A stretch of DNA of 64,000 nucleotides from positions 140,058,001-140,122,000 of the forward strand of contig OZ024741.1 in the NCBI GenBank assembly GCA_964016885.1, given 5' to 3'. This document shows positions 12,220 to 25,286 of the stretch, in pieces; position 1 is the stretch's first letter; each line of letters starts with the position of its first letter. Below the pieces are notes generated by a model. It saw nothing but the letters and a program-made list of their open reading frames with translations. It was not told the origin of the DNA and did not search any database. The position numbers and the translations under genes are program-made. This stretch comes from Eledone cirrhosa (lineage: Eukaryota).

Positions 12220-13523
12220 TATGATTTGTTTTCCATGTATTTCGGAATGGTGTTCTTCATGGCCTTCAGGGTTTGTCGACACGGTATATATCTCAGATAT
12301 CGCACTTCCGGTAAGCTGTTTAACCTCAGGCGTCTCACTGCCATCACTAAGGTACTGAGTATCTTGATCACCGAATTTTTATATGCAGATGATTGTGATC
12401 TCTTTGCACACTCCCAGAATGACATGCAACACCATATGAATTATTTTTCCAATGCGTGCATTGCTTTGAGACTGACAATCAGTCTGAAGAAACTGTCGTC
12501 ATGTACCAACCGTCATGTACCAACAAGGAATACAGTTTTCAATGAACCTTCCATATATGGTCAAAAGCAGAAGGCTGCTGACACATTTGTGTATTTGGCG
12601 AGTACTCTCCGGATGCAGAAGTGGTCTACGTGTTAGAAAGGCAAGTGAGTCCTTTGTAAGGCTCAACGACCGCCTTTGGTGCAGGCGAGGTGTCACAATG
12701 AGGACCAAGGTGAGAGTGTATGCTGCTTGTGTACTGCCAGCTTTGCTGTATGCATGTGAGACATGGGTTGCCTACAAACGGCATATCCACAGACTGGAAC
12801 GGTTTCACCAGCAGTGTCTCGGAAATATGTATGTAAGTGGCAGATGCATTTGAGTGATGTTGAGGTCTTAGAGAAACGTGGGTGTCGTAGTATTGAACGT
12901 ATCATCCACCAAAAGCGTTTGCCATGGACCGGACACCTCTGCAGAATGAAGGATGATCGAATCCCAAAACAACTCTTGTATGGCAAGCTTTGTGGGGGAA
13001 AGAGACCACCTCACAAGCAAAGGCTCCGATTCAAGGATTGTGTAAAGGAATCATTGAAAAAAACTGGTTTGATGATGGCTGACTGGGAGATAGAAGCACT
13101 TGAAAGAGAAACTTGGCGTGGAATGGTGAATGATGGTGTCCATAATTTTGAGGACAGACGCGTAACACACGAGAAGATCAAACGGGATGTGCGTAAACAA
13201 TGCCCCGGTGTATCTCTCGAAACGATCGGTGTCTCCATTAAATTGAAGTGCTCTGAGTGTGGAAAGATTTGCTTGAGCAAATCTGGTCTCAGGAACCACA
13301 GTCACAGTCATGTTCAAAGAGAATCAGTGAACTATGATCTCCACGGTTTTGTGAACGTTCACGGGCAACCTGATGCAGGACCTCAAGCCAGGGGCATCCA
13401 TAGTTGTCGTCAGTGTGTGAAGGAGTGCAAGACTCTAGCAGGCTTGAAAAGCCATATCCGAGCGTCACACATCTGAATCTGACAAGCCATTGCAATACTC
13501 TTGGCACAGTTTGCAGCCATCAT
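12220..13523 (+). mobile_element. 5'-truncated, frameshifted RTE LINE related to the 1595-5140 element
   Basis: LYADDCDL, ALLYACETW, RIPKQLLYG.L..GKRPPHK, two C2H2 fingers, 3' end GCAGCCATCAT. Confidence 0.92.
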
Positions 13524-13530
13524 GTATATA

Positions 13531-14098
13531 TCTATATATATAAAACAGAGGATGTCTGTGTCTATGTTTCCCTAAAACTCGAAAAGTACCCAACAGTTGT
13601 TTTTCAAACTTTACACGTGTAATAAATATGACCCCGGAAGTGTTTTGAGCAAAAATGAATTTCAAATTATTCTGTCCTAGGGATCGAATTAGTGAAGTGA
13701 CCAATGTCTCTACATAATGAAGGAGTGAGAAGGGAGAGAAAGAAACGGTGAGGCGAAGTGACAAAGTGGCTTTTTTCTCCTCTTCCTCCTTCTCCCATTC
13801 GTCACAGCGTTTTTCGATAGAATTTAAATTACAAAGAGAGAACGAGAGAGAGTGAGAGTGAAATAAAGAGACAGACTACAAGAGGGTGATAGCGGGAGGG
13901 AGAGAGAGAGAGTGAAAGACGCTGTCTTTTGATACTGTCAAAGATACATGTCGTATAACTATTAACATGTGTGCGTGTGTGTGTGTGTGTGTGTGAGCGT
14001 TCCAATAAGAGTAAAATCTATTAACATGTGAGTGTGTGTATGTGCACATATGCGTGTGTGAGTTTGCCATATGTATATGTGTCTGTATCTGTATACAC

Positions 14099-14160
<62 letters not shown>

Positions 14161-14815
14161 TTATATACATGTGTATATGTCGCCTGCTTCCCTTATGAGT
14201 TAGCGATCTCTTTCTCTTTCTCTTAGTCTTTCTCTTTTTAGATAGATACATAGATATGACGTCGCGCCTTCATAATATCTGTCTGTATGCCTGACTGTCT
14301 GCATTACGTCATTATGACGCGATCAGTGTGTGTGTGTGTGTGTGTATATATTCTTATGCCAGGGAACGTCTTCACGAACCAAAGTATCGTCTTCCTGTTT
14401 TCCAGAGTGATTTTTTTAGTTTAAGAAGGTTGAAAGCAGCGATTCTTTGCTTAAACATTAATATGTTATTTTAATATAGATATTTGTGTACAGATATTTG
14501 TACATACACAAAAACAAAATATAAACAAACAAGGCCAAAGATTACATCAATTAGTCTTAGTGTATGTACTTCATACTGCTTTTAGGTAGAATATCCCGTT
14601 AAGGGTGAAAGCAGTGATTATTTGCTTAAACTTTAGTCTGTTATTTTAATATATATATATATATAATTATATATTTATGGACAGATATGTTTGCATACAC
14701 AATAACAAAATATAAACAAACGTATTTATTTCACGAGGTTCGATAAGGATAAATATATATCAAATATATAAGAACTCTATAGCAAATCCCGAGCAACGCC
14801 GGGCCATTCTGCTAG
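13531..14815 (+). mobile_element. Non-autonomous Helitron (~1.29 kb)
   Basis: 5' A|TCTATATATATAAAAC. 3' hairpin CCCGAGCAACGCCGGG (14788-14803) followed by ...TTCTGCTAG|T. Inserted between A and T with no TSD. Confidence 0.82.
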
Positions 14816-16198
14816 TATATATATATATTTGTATGTATGTGTTCATGCATGTCTGAGTACGATGAACTGCATTAAGTCACCAATAAATAGCTGTCTGTCT
14901 TCAGCAAATATTGGTTTCTATTGGATTCGTCCACCCTGAAGTTTATTGATGTTTATAATAACTATTTTTTTCCTAAATTTCAGAAAATTTAATTTTTCCT
15001 AAAATTCATCAGGATTTTACGAGGAGTTTCATTTTATTTCAATTGTTAAATATAATCTTGCTATTGAACCGAAGAAAACGTATTAAAACACTTCTGATCA
15101 ATGTGTGAATCAAAAAGTATAGATGGTAAATTGTTCACTGAAATACATATACTACATTAACTTTACTGATAGAAAAAAGGGAGTTCGTTAAGATTCGGTT
15201 TTGTATTTGAATTGCAAACAAAATAATTTTAAAAAATCAAGTGGTATATCATGACGGCTTAAGTGAAATACTTGAAGTCTGATTTTGACGTCTGAAGTGC
15301 AGACCGATTACAACGATTATCCATACTTTTGTTGATGCCAATTTAAATATGGATATTTCTCTTTCTAAACACTCAAATTTCAAATATCGCTTGCAATACA
15401 CAGCAATCACCGCTTAATGTAATTTTCAGAATTTATTCATTAATTTATTATAAAAACAACACATGAAATTGTCTGTAATGTTTTTAACTTGTGTATTTTT
15501 ATATGTATTTTTATGTATTTGTTACGAATTTAATTAAGTGCTTGCCCTATTAAGATATGTTATATGTGATTCACTTTATTCCGTTGCTCTCATTCTATAA
15601 ACGGGAATATTTCATTCCAGTTACAGCTTACGTGAAATCAATTATAAACCCTGCCGTGCTTCAACAGTTCGATTATATTTAAACCAAGTGGCCAAGATGT
15701 TATTAGCACTCCCATGAACGTTTGTGGTAATTAGAAAGCGCAAGAGCTATAGGCCGCTGTGAGTGATGCGCAATAGAAACATACCTTTTCAGATAGAAAC
15801 TGTATGGTTGGTTCCAAACCTAGAAAAGTAATGTTTTAAAAAAACATAATATAGAAATCTAACAAGTGCAGAGTTTCCCCTTCAATATAACACACACACA
15901 CGCACACACATAAACACAAGCACACACACACACACAAACACACGCACAAGCACACACACTCGCACCCAGACACACACACACCTATATATATATATGTATA
16001 TCGGGAGTTCTTTATAAGAATCAGGTGTACAACGAATTAAAATTTATTAAACATATTACAATCGTTTCTCTGGCGACCAGCCCGAGGCCCGATCGATGCA
16101 ATCGACATATATATACATATATATACATATATATATATAAATATATATATATATAAATATATATATATAAATATATGTATATATATATATATATATAT

Positions 16199-16274
<76 letters not shown>

Positions 16275-16460
16275 TAAGTAAGTAAGTAAAAAATTTAAAA
16301 AAAAAATTTTTTTTAAAGAAGATTTTCTTATTTTACATCTTTTATATTATTGTTCTGCATCCTCCTGCATTGAACCACCTAGGTACTATGACAAAACCTG
16401 TGTATTTGCTGGCATAGGCGTGCATCTGTGCGCTTATGTTAGTTGATATATTAAATTATC

Positions 16461-16502
<42 letters not shown>

Positions 16503-16628
16503 TAGGTCGAAACTGCTTGAGCTCAGCCGTCGGGGTCCTATTCGTTCCTATTACCCACTCTACTACCCTAAGTATTGAGTACTTTGGTGCGTTATGGTCC
16601 ACCTGGTTCCTTACCACATTTCCTTCGT

Positions 16629-16757
<129 letters not shown>

Positions 16758-16760
16758 ATA

Positions 16761-16853
<93 letters not shown>

Positions 16854-16871
16854 GTATATATATATGTATAT

Positions 16872-17730
16872 ATGTAGGAGGTGAGATTTATTGTAGCACA
16901 ATAAAGCAATGCAAATATCGGATAAGTAGCACTCAACAGTTATTGGACTGGAGTATATATAAGAGGAATTTAAAAGATGGTTAAAAAAGTTCCATGTATT
17001 TTATTATGCGCAGCATTTCAAAAACAAAAACAAATATCATCGAGGGACGATATATCTGGGATATAACTAGGACCCTATATCGTCCTCTAAGCTTATAAAT
17101 CATTGAATTTTATTTTCATTCACATTATCTTATTTCACTTTATTTTATCTTAATAATACTTTTTTAATAAATTTTTGCACATCTTAATGAATCATTCACT
17201 ATTTAATCCCTAAATAAATAGTATACTTAATTTCTATATCTGTAATCATAAGCATCATCATGCAAAAACCTCATTTACTTTTAAATTTAAAATCTTACTA
17301 ATTTATTTAATTTATTTATAAATGTACAACCGTTTTTTCAGTTATTTCTCTGTGGAGACAGCGTTTCTCAGTTTAAGTGTTTATCTCTCTTTTTTTCTCT
17401 CCTCTCTCTTTCTCTCTCCTTCCTCCTTTTTATACTCTTCCTCCGTTATCCTTTCCTTCTTTTTTCCTTTTTCTTTTTTTCTTCTTCTTCTTCCTTACTT
17501 TTCACCCCTTACTTTCCTTTTTTCCATTCTCCTATATCCTTTTAAATTTATTCATCATATGTTGTTTAGACGCTATCTAGCTCACAAGTGTTTTTTTTAA
17601 GCTTCATATCATGTCTCCCTATTTTATCTGATGAGAACGCAAATATCGTCCCTGCATGATATTTGTTTTTGAAATGCGCATAATAAAATACATGGAACAT
17701 TTTTAACCATCTTTTACTTTCTTCTTATAT
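16872..17730. mobile_element. ORF-less Penelope-like pLTR structure (family B) with inverted partial copies
   Basis: ~16975-17060 is the reverse complement of ~17645-17715. 16872-17040 matches 24681-24845. Flanked by (TA)n. Confidence 0.7.
17621..17689 (+). ncRNA. Type I minimal hammerhead ribozyme (family B)
   Basis: AUUUUAU-CUGAUGA-GAACGCAAAUAUC...GAUAUUUGUUUUU-GAAA-UGCGCA-UA-AUAAAAU, with palindromic stem III AUGCGCAU. Confidence 0.8.
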
Positions 17731-17773
17731 ATGTATATATATTTATATATATGTATATATATATATGTATATG

Positions 17774-17838
<65 letters not shown>

Positions 17839-17857
17839 GTATATATATATGTATATA

Positions 17858-17952
<95 letters not shown>

Positions 17953-17962
17953 GTATAATTAG

Positions 17963-19638
17963 TAAAATAACAGATTAAAGTTTAAGCAAAGAATCGCTGC
18001 TTTCACCCTTAACGGGATCTTTTGAAACTAACAAAGTCAATCTGTAAACGCAGAACTGGATATTTCAAAAAACGTTGCAACCGGAGGAAGACAGGAAGAC
18101 GATACTTTGGTTCGTGGAAACGTTCGCTGGCAAAGAACGGGAAAAAACGAATAATACGTCATTAAAAGGAGCGGTGAAAAACAATTACGCGCAAAGACAG
18201 AACCACGCTTAGGTGTAAAAGAGGTCGTAGACTAATGTTCCCTTAGGTGGTGCATAGAGACGTTCTCTGGCAATGAACGAAAAAACGAAGATAATAAGTC
18301 ATATGTGGAGGGTGGAGAACAATAGCACGCAAAGACAAAACCACGTAAATGGTATAGCAGAAGTCGTAGACTAAAATTCTAACTAGGAGACCAAATGAAT
18401 CTCCGCTACAGAGGAAAGAACAAAGTAAATAAATACAATACAGAAGTAATAGAAATAAATGAATACATACACGCAAACAAATACGTACATACACAAGCAT
18501 ACGCAAAACCTTACCATAGGTATACAACCACGCACATATAAATATATGTGTGTATGTGTACGCTTGTGTACAAATAAATAAATAATTATATAAACGTATA
18601 TAAGTAAATAAATACGTATATAACAAGCGCACACACATACCTACATATAAATACACGAATGTTCGGAGACGTAAGTCAACTAAAACAAGAAGTACACATA
18701 TACACACACCCACCATACGTACGAACCTGCATACTCAAGCAGACGCAAAACTCCCGTATACACATAGCCAAACCCCAAATACCAGAATATATAAAAAATA
18801 TACGCCATAACAATCAAATATACGTACGAGAAGGTATACAACCTTCACAAAACATACAGGTAATATATATGTTTTGTTTATTCCTTTACTTATTTGCATA
18901 GGTAAATATATATTACCTGTATGTTTTGTGAAGGTTGTATACCTTCTCGTACGTATATTTGATTGTTATGGCGTATATTTTTTATATATTCTGGTATTTA
19001 GGGTTTGGCTATGTGTATACGGGAGTTTTGCGTCTGCGTGAGTATGCAGGTTCGTACGTATGGTGAGTGTGTGTATATGTGTACTTCTTGTTTTAGTTGA
19101 CTTACGTCTCCGAACATTCGTGTATTTATATGTAGGTGTGTGTGTGCGCTTGTTATATACGTATTTATTTACTTACATACGTTTATATAATTATTTATTT
19201 GTTTGTACACAAACATACACACACACACACATATTTGTATGTGCGTGGTTGTATACCTAAGGTAAGGTTTTGCGTATGCTTGTGTATGTACGTATTTGTT
19301 TGCGTGTATGTATTTATTTATTTCTATTACTTCTGTATTGTATTTATTTACTTTGTTCTTAACTCTGTAGCGGAGATTCATTTCGTCTCCTAGTTAGAAT
19401 TTTAGTCTACGACTTCTGCTATACCATTTACGTGGTTTTGTCTTTGCGTGCTATTGTTCTCCACCCTCCACATATGACTTATTATCTTCGTTTTTTCGTT
19501 CATTGCCAGAGAACGTCTCTATGCACCACCTAAGGGAACATTAGTCTACGACCTCTTTTATACCTAAACGTGGTTCTGTCTTTGCGCGTTAAGGGTGAAA
19601 GCAGCGATTCTTTGCTTAAACTTTAATCTGTTATTTTA
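17963..19638. repeat. Large non-coding inverted duplication (~680-bp arms plus 50-bp outer arms)
   Basis: 18187-18870 is the reverse complement of 18906-19589. 17963-18012 is the reverse complement of 19587-19638. Confidence 0.93.
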
Positions 19639-19777
19639 ATAAATATTTGCTCTACGGTTCTTATATATTTGATATATATTTATCCTTATCGAGCCCTCTT
19701 TGAATTTTAGTCTTCAATTTTATTATTATTACTATATATATGTATATATATATGTATATATATATGAATATATATAT

Positions 19778-19827
<50 letters not shown>

Positions 19828-19866
19828 GATATTAATAAATGGAAACTATATTTATAAAACCATATT

Positions 19867-19931
19867 TATTTCATTATACATATTTCAGGGATACCACATT
19901 AAATTATGGTATGCCTTCATCAGACAAAATA
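19867..19931 (-). ncRNA. Type I hammerhead ribozyme (family C, 3' pLTR)
   Basis: UAUUUUGU-CUGAUGA-AGGCAUACCAUA..UGUGGUAUCCCU-GAAA-UAUGUA-UA-AUGAAAUA. Confidence 0.8.
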
Positions 19932-20219
19932 CAATAAATAACAGTTTTACAAATAGCTTTGACGTACCCTTTTAAAATACAACCATTACTTTTGGAGGCT
20001 GTCTGGATAGTGATTTGTTTATATTGTTTTAATAAGTCATAGTGTTAAGCACAATTAGAAAAAGACGGAGAGAAAGAAAAAGAAAAAAGACGGAGAGAGA
20101 GAAACGAACAAAGACGGAGAGAGAGAAAGAAAAAGAGAGAGAAAGAAAGAAAACCTGGAGAAATGTCGGAGAGAAAGAGAAATGTATGGAGAAAAGAAAG
20201 AGATAAATAAAGATAGGAG

Positions 20220-20385
20220 AAAAGAAAAAAGAAAAAAGAAAAAAGAAAAAAGAAAAAAGAAAAAAGAAAAAAGAAAAAAAGAAAAAAGAAAAAAGAAAAA
20301 AGAAAAAAGAAAAAAGAAAAAAGAAAAAAGAAAAAAGAAAAAAGAAAAAAGAAAAACGAAAAACGAAAAAAGAAAGAAAAGGAAG
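20220..20385. repeat. (GAAAAAA)n 7-bp tandem repeat in the PLE 3' region
   Basis: Direct reading. Confidence 0.9.
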
Positions 20386-21649
20386 AAATAAGAAAAACAA
20401 AGGAAAGCAACAGAGTGGTATCAAGTCATCATACAGAAAGAAAAACTCAAGAGAGAGAAATATTATATAGAGAGAGGTGGGACAATGAAAACTTTACGTC
20501 ATGTCGTATTAGGTTGAGTTACCAATTTATATGAAATGAATAATAAAAATATAAGTATCAATATTCATGAATGGGACATAGATATATAATATGAGAAATT
20601 AAACATTGTTCAATAATGACTATATGTTTAGTTTAGAAACTTGAGATCAATATACCAAAATCTGAGTTCAAAATGTACCCTTGCTATAGAGATCAGTATT
20701 TTATGCAAAGACATACCAATATATATGTATATATATATATATATAGATACGCACGTCCTGAAAATAGAAATTATGTTTACTGAAGCCATACAAAACGTAA
20801 ATGATTTCTCTTAATCACTGCTATACATTCCTTGTGTTATAAAAATGTCATAGTATATATATACAAATATATACGATCAACATTCATGTCCTCATATATA
20901 CGATTACCATTCATGTGTTTAATATTATGCATATCTGCAACATACCTCTCAACGACATAGATATATACGCATACATATATACACATACATATGTATAAAT
21001 AAATATTTGCGTGCGTCCTCACGCATCACTCATGTATATATGCAGACATATATAGACACAAAAAAACCTATAACATTTTTATGCATGTTAATACACACAT
21101 ATGCATTTGTATCGAGATAATCAAATATCAATATATTACTAAAGGATTATAACTTGTAAATATAACCATAACAATATAAATTTAAAATACCAAAGGAATA
21201 TATTTTGGAAATGCAACTATATCAGTATAGTCCAAAGAAATCTAAAAATATCAAAGCATTAAATATCTTTAGAACACTATAGAGTATCTTAAGTTAAAAT
21301 AATATGTTTTATATATTTAGTATAGAAATGTATCCTACGTATATCTCAATCAAGATATTGAAATCGTAGACTTATGAAAGTTATGAGAAGCTATCATAAT
21401 CATAACAAATAAATAAAAATAATTTAAAAGATTTAAAAAACCCAATGATTCTACAGATAACCTTATATTTAGTATAGAAATTTACCTTACGTAAATTGTA
21501 TTTAATACATTGGAAGTATAGACATTTTAGAGTAGTTTATTATATCCTTGTTTATATTTAGGAAGAAAGTTTAAAAAGAAAAAGGTGAAGGAATCTAATG
21601 ATTTATCGACAGGTTCCATATATTAACTAAAATTACATAATTAATTATA

Positions 21650-23772
21650 CTACTTTTTAAATTTATATTTATGTTTAAACGTTGAGTTCAATCTATGTCT
21701 GCAGCAACTGAATAAATTGTTCCTTAGATTAAGGGAATTTTTGGACTTTAATATAAAGAATATTTCTTCAATACAAAGATCACAATTCTCTGAAGAGGAA
21801 TTAAAAGGAGTAGCTTATGAAATAATATTCCAATTCATCGAATATTTAATATTATCTTGTTTTAGGTCCCATAGTAGGCTAGATAGCGAAGTTGAAGATT
21901 TTTTGTTTGGATCTGTGAAAGAAGTCTTATGATTATTGAAGCGAAATTTAAATTCTGTAGAGGTGGAACCAACATAGTTAAATGAATTTAAATTAGTTTT
22001 AACATTACAATTGTACACTACATGTTTAGCTAAGCAGTTGTTATTTAACGGACAGTTAGATTTATTTCTACAGTTACAGTTATTTAATTGAATATTGTTT
22101 GGGTTATTACTGGTATTTTGGTTAGGTTTTAAATTCTTATTATTAATTCTATTAATATTTTGTGCTAAATTTTTGGTGGACGAGTAAGTTAATTTTATAC
22201 TGTGTCTATTAAAAATTGAGTAAGATTTATGTGTTCTAGGGAAGCGTGTGTCAAGAGCTTTAAAGAATAGTTTAGCAATATTTAGTGAGAAAGGGGAGCA
22301 AACCATAATATATTTCTAGTTCTATTTCTTTTTCGGCTTTTGGAATTATTGTAATGTTTTCTATTATAGTTGTTAAAGCTGTTACCGTAATTGAAATTCT
22401 TATTATTTTGGTTAGTTTGCTTATTATTATTATTATCGATGTATTTAATTTTATTTCTATATCCAGCTCTACCTAACGCTTCGTTGTAATACTGCGCTTT
22501 TTCATCAAATATATTTTTATTAGATGAAATTCTTGAAATTCGTTCTTGAACAGAGTTCACTATAGTATTTTTAACATATCTGGGGTGATTAGAGTTAAAG
22601 TTGAGATAATTCAAGTTCTCATTTAGTTTGTGAAATGGATAGTGAAGACATGTGTTGAGATTTAGTGTTACATCAAGAAAATTGACTATTCTATGGTTAT
22701 TCTCTATTTCTATTTTTAGATTAAGGTAATTAAAAAATTGTATAATTTGTTTTCTTTTTCTATTTAGTTCACAGCTATTATTTTCTATAAGTAAAAGCAT
22801 GTCGTCACGATATAAGCCTTCGGTTACATCTGGTATTTTTCTATGTAGAGAATTAATCATAAATAGGCCCACAAGGTCCGTTACCTGAGCTGAGTCTGAT
22901 GATCCCATAGTTATGTCGAAATTATTATTTCTATCTGCCCTAGTCCAGAGTTGGTAATTAAATTATATCAATGTTTTCCTTGCCGATAATATAATGTGCA
23001 TTTTATTGCTAGTTAGGTCAGTATGTTTAAATGCGTAATTTAGTGCCTTATTCAGTAGATTAGGAGTGATAGATGAATAGTAGTTAGCAATATCCAGCTG
23101 AATAAACTTATTATTACAGTTATATTTAATTTCTTTAAACCAATCAATAACCTCACTAGTCGCTTTCCATAATTTTAAGTAAAATAAATTAGGTAAGTTT
23201 ATAATTTGTTGTATTAACCTGTCTAGAATATTTTTGCTAAGTTTTCCCAGGTCAGATTTGGATGGTGCAATTAATCTCACTGGTAAATCATTTTCAAAGT
23301 TTCTTTTGTGATCCTTCATATTGATCTTGGGTTTCCTAGGCATGAAGGGTTGTGTTTTATTCTCAATGTCTAATTCATGCATTATACAAGATGCATCTGT
23401 ATTCAGTTTTTCAAGTTCGTCCTTACTTGCTACCTTGTACTTTTTCCTTAGTTCTTTCAATATAAGGTCGTTATACATTTCCTTTTGTACTCCATAAAGG
23501 TTATTAGTTTTGTCCGACTTCACTAAAATTTTCTCTGTTTTCTCCAGGTTTTCAATATTATCCTTAATACGTCTAAGTAGTCCTGGCCTTTGAAGTTTCT
23601 CTTGAATTTGATGCATTGGATGATAGATACTATATCGTTTTCAAAATCCATTAGTAGTTTGTTGGGGGGTGGATTTTTTTTAGATTTGAACATTTTATCT
23701 AGATTTGATACATTTTCATTTAGATTAGATTTATCAAAGTGGAAAGCACGCCACCTGATTCTTCTTATAAAA
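21650..23772 (-). pseudogene. PLE reverse transcriptase + GIY-YIG endonuclease, disrupted
   Basis: RRIRWRA, LDIANYYSSI, MGSSDSAQVTDLVG, YRDD, NFLDVTL, SNHP, CNCRNKSNCPLNNNC, VVY..YVG, CDLC, CCRH. In-frame TAA at 22963 and 21815, frameshifts near 23590 and 22295. Confidence 0.9.
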
Positions 23773-23951
23773 GAGTCTCTCTCCGTCTTTTTTTTTCTTT
23801 CTTTTTCTTTCTATCCGTCTTTTTCTAATTGTGCTTAACACTATGACTTATTAAAACAATATAAACAAATCACTATCCAGACAGCCTCCAAAAGTAATGG
23901 TTGTATTTTAAAAGGGTACGTCAAAGCTATTTGTAAAACTGTTATATATTG

Positions 23952-24016
23952 TATTTTGTCTGATGAAGGCATACCATAATTTAATATGGTATCCCTGAAA
24001 TATGTATAATGAAATA
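23952..24016 (+). ncRNA. Type I hammerhead ribozyme (family C, inverted 5' pLTR)
   Basis: UAUUUUGU-CUGAUGA-AGGCAUACCAUA auuuaa UAUGGUAUCCCU-GAAA-UAUGUA-UA-AUGAAAUA. Confidence 0.82.
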
Positions 24017-24144
24017 AATATGGTTTTATAAATATAGTTTCCATTTATTAATATCGTATTTCTACTCCGAAAACTTGTCGAGTGTTTTATATCAGTTATA
24101 AAAATATTTACTTGTTGTATCCCAACAACTTTAAATAGAACTTT

Positions 24145-24211
<67 letters not shown>

Positions 24212-24234
24212 AGATATATATATATATATTTGTA

Positions 24235-24269
<35 letters not shown>

Positions 24270-24478
24270 GGATATATATGGATATATATGTATATATAAA
24301 TATATGTATATATGTATATATATATATATGTGTATATATATATATATGTGTGTGTATATATATATATGTATATATGTGTATATATATATGTATATGTATA
24401 TATATATGTATATATATGTATATATATATATATGTATATAAGTATAAATATATATGTATATATATATGTATATATATG

Positions 24479-24509
<31 letters not shown>

Positions 24510-24544
24510 GTATATATGTATATATATATATATATATAAATATG

Positions 24545-24577
<33 letters not shown>

Positions 24578-24810
24578 GTATATATGTATATATATATATG
24601 TATATATATATGTGTATATGTATATATATATATGTATATATATATATGTGTATATGTATATATATATATATATATATATAATGTAGGAGGTGAGTTTTAT
24701 TATAGTACAATAAAGCAATGCAGATATAGGATAAGAAGCACTCTACAGTTTGTAGGACTGGAGTATACATAATATATAAGCACAAAAGATGGTTAAAAGA
24801 GTTCCATGTA

Positions 24811-24877
24811 TTTTATTATGCGCATTTCAAAAACAAATATCATCATGCAATAATATTTGTGTTTTCATCAGATAAAA
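24811..24877 (-). ncRNA. Type I hammerhead ribozyme (family B, left arm)
   Basis: Reverse complement of the 25010-25076 motif: CUGAUGA...GAAA-UGCGCA-UA. Confidence 0.78.
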
Positions 24878-25009
24878 CAGGAAGACATGATATGAAGGTT
24901 AAAAAACACTTGTGGATAGTGCAGTTTTCAATCAACATATATATTGATATGTTGATTTAAAACTGCACTATCCACAAGTGTTTTTTAACCTTCATATCAT
25001 GTCTTCCTG

Positions 25010-25076
25010 TTTTATCTGATGAAAACACAAATATTATTGCATGTTGATATTTGTTTTTGAAATGCGCATAATAAAA
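25010..25076 (+). ncRNA. Type I hammerhead ribozyme (family B, right arm)
   Basis: UUUUAU-CUGAUGA-AAACACAAAUAUUA...UGAUAUUUGUUUUU-GAAA-UGCGCA-UA-AUAAAA. Confidence 0.78.
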
Positions 25077-25135
25077 TACATGGAACTCTTTTAACCATCT
25101 TTTGTTCTTATATATTATATATTTATATATATATG

Positions 25136-25272
<137 letters not shown>

Positions 25273-25286
25273 TTATGTATATATAT

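Larger units (their letters stand above)
19826..24147 (-). mobile_element. Penelope-like element (probably Hydra-clade-like) with inverted pseudo-LTR at its 5' truncation point
   Basis: RT/GIY-YIG pseudogene on the minus strand. 19826-~20100 is the reverse complement of ~23776-24057. Both pLTRs carry hammerheads. Flanked by (TA)n. Confidence 0.9.
24769..25118. repeat. Near-perfect 350-bp palindrome (head-to-head pLTR dimer, family B)
   Basis: Arms 24769-24940 and 24947-25118 with a 6-nt spacer and only a few mismatches. Confidence 0.95.

Noticed and set aside
20029-20424. Phe-rich and Lys-rich ORFs
   Set aside because: Products of the (GAAAAAA)n repeat
21650-23772. Selenocysteine or readthrough recoding as in Naiad PLEs
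   Set aside because: The in-frame stops are TAA, not TGA, frameshifts are also present, and the endonuclease is C-terminal
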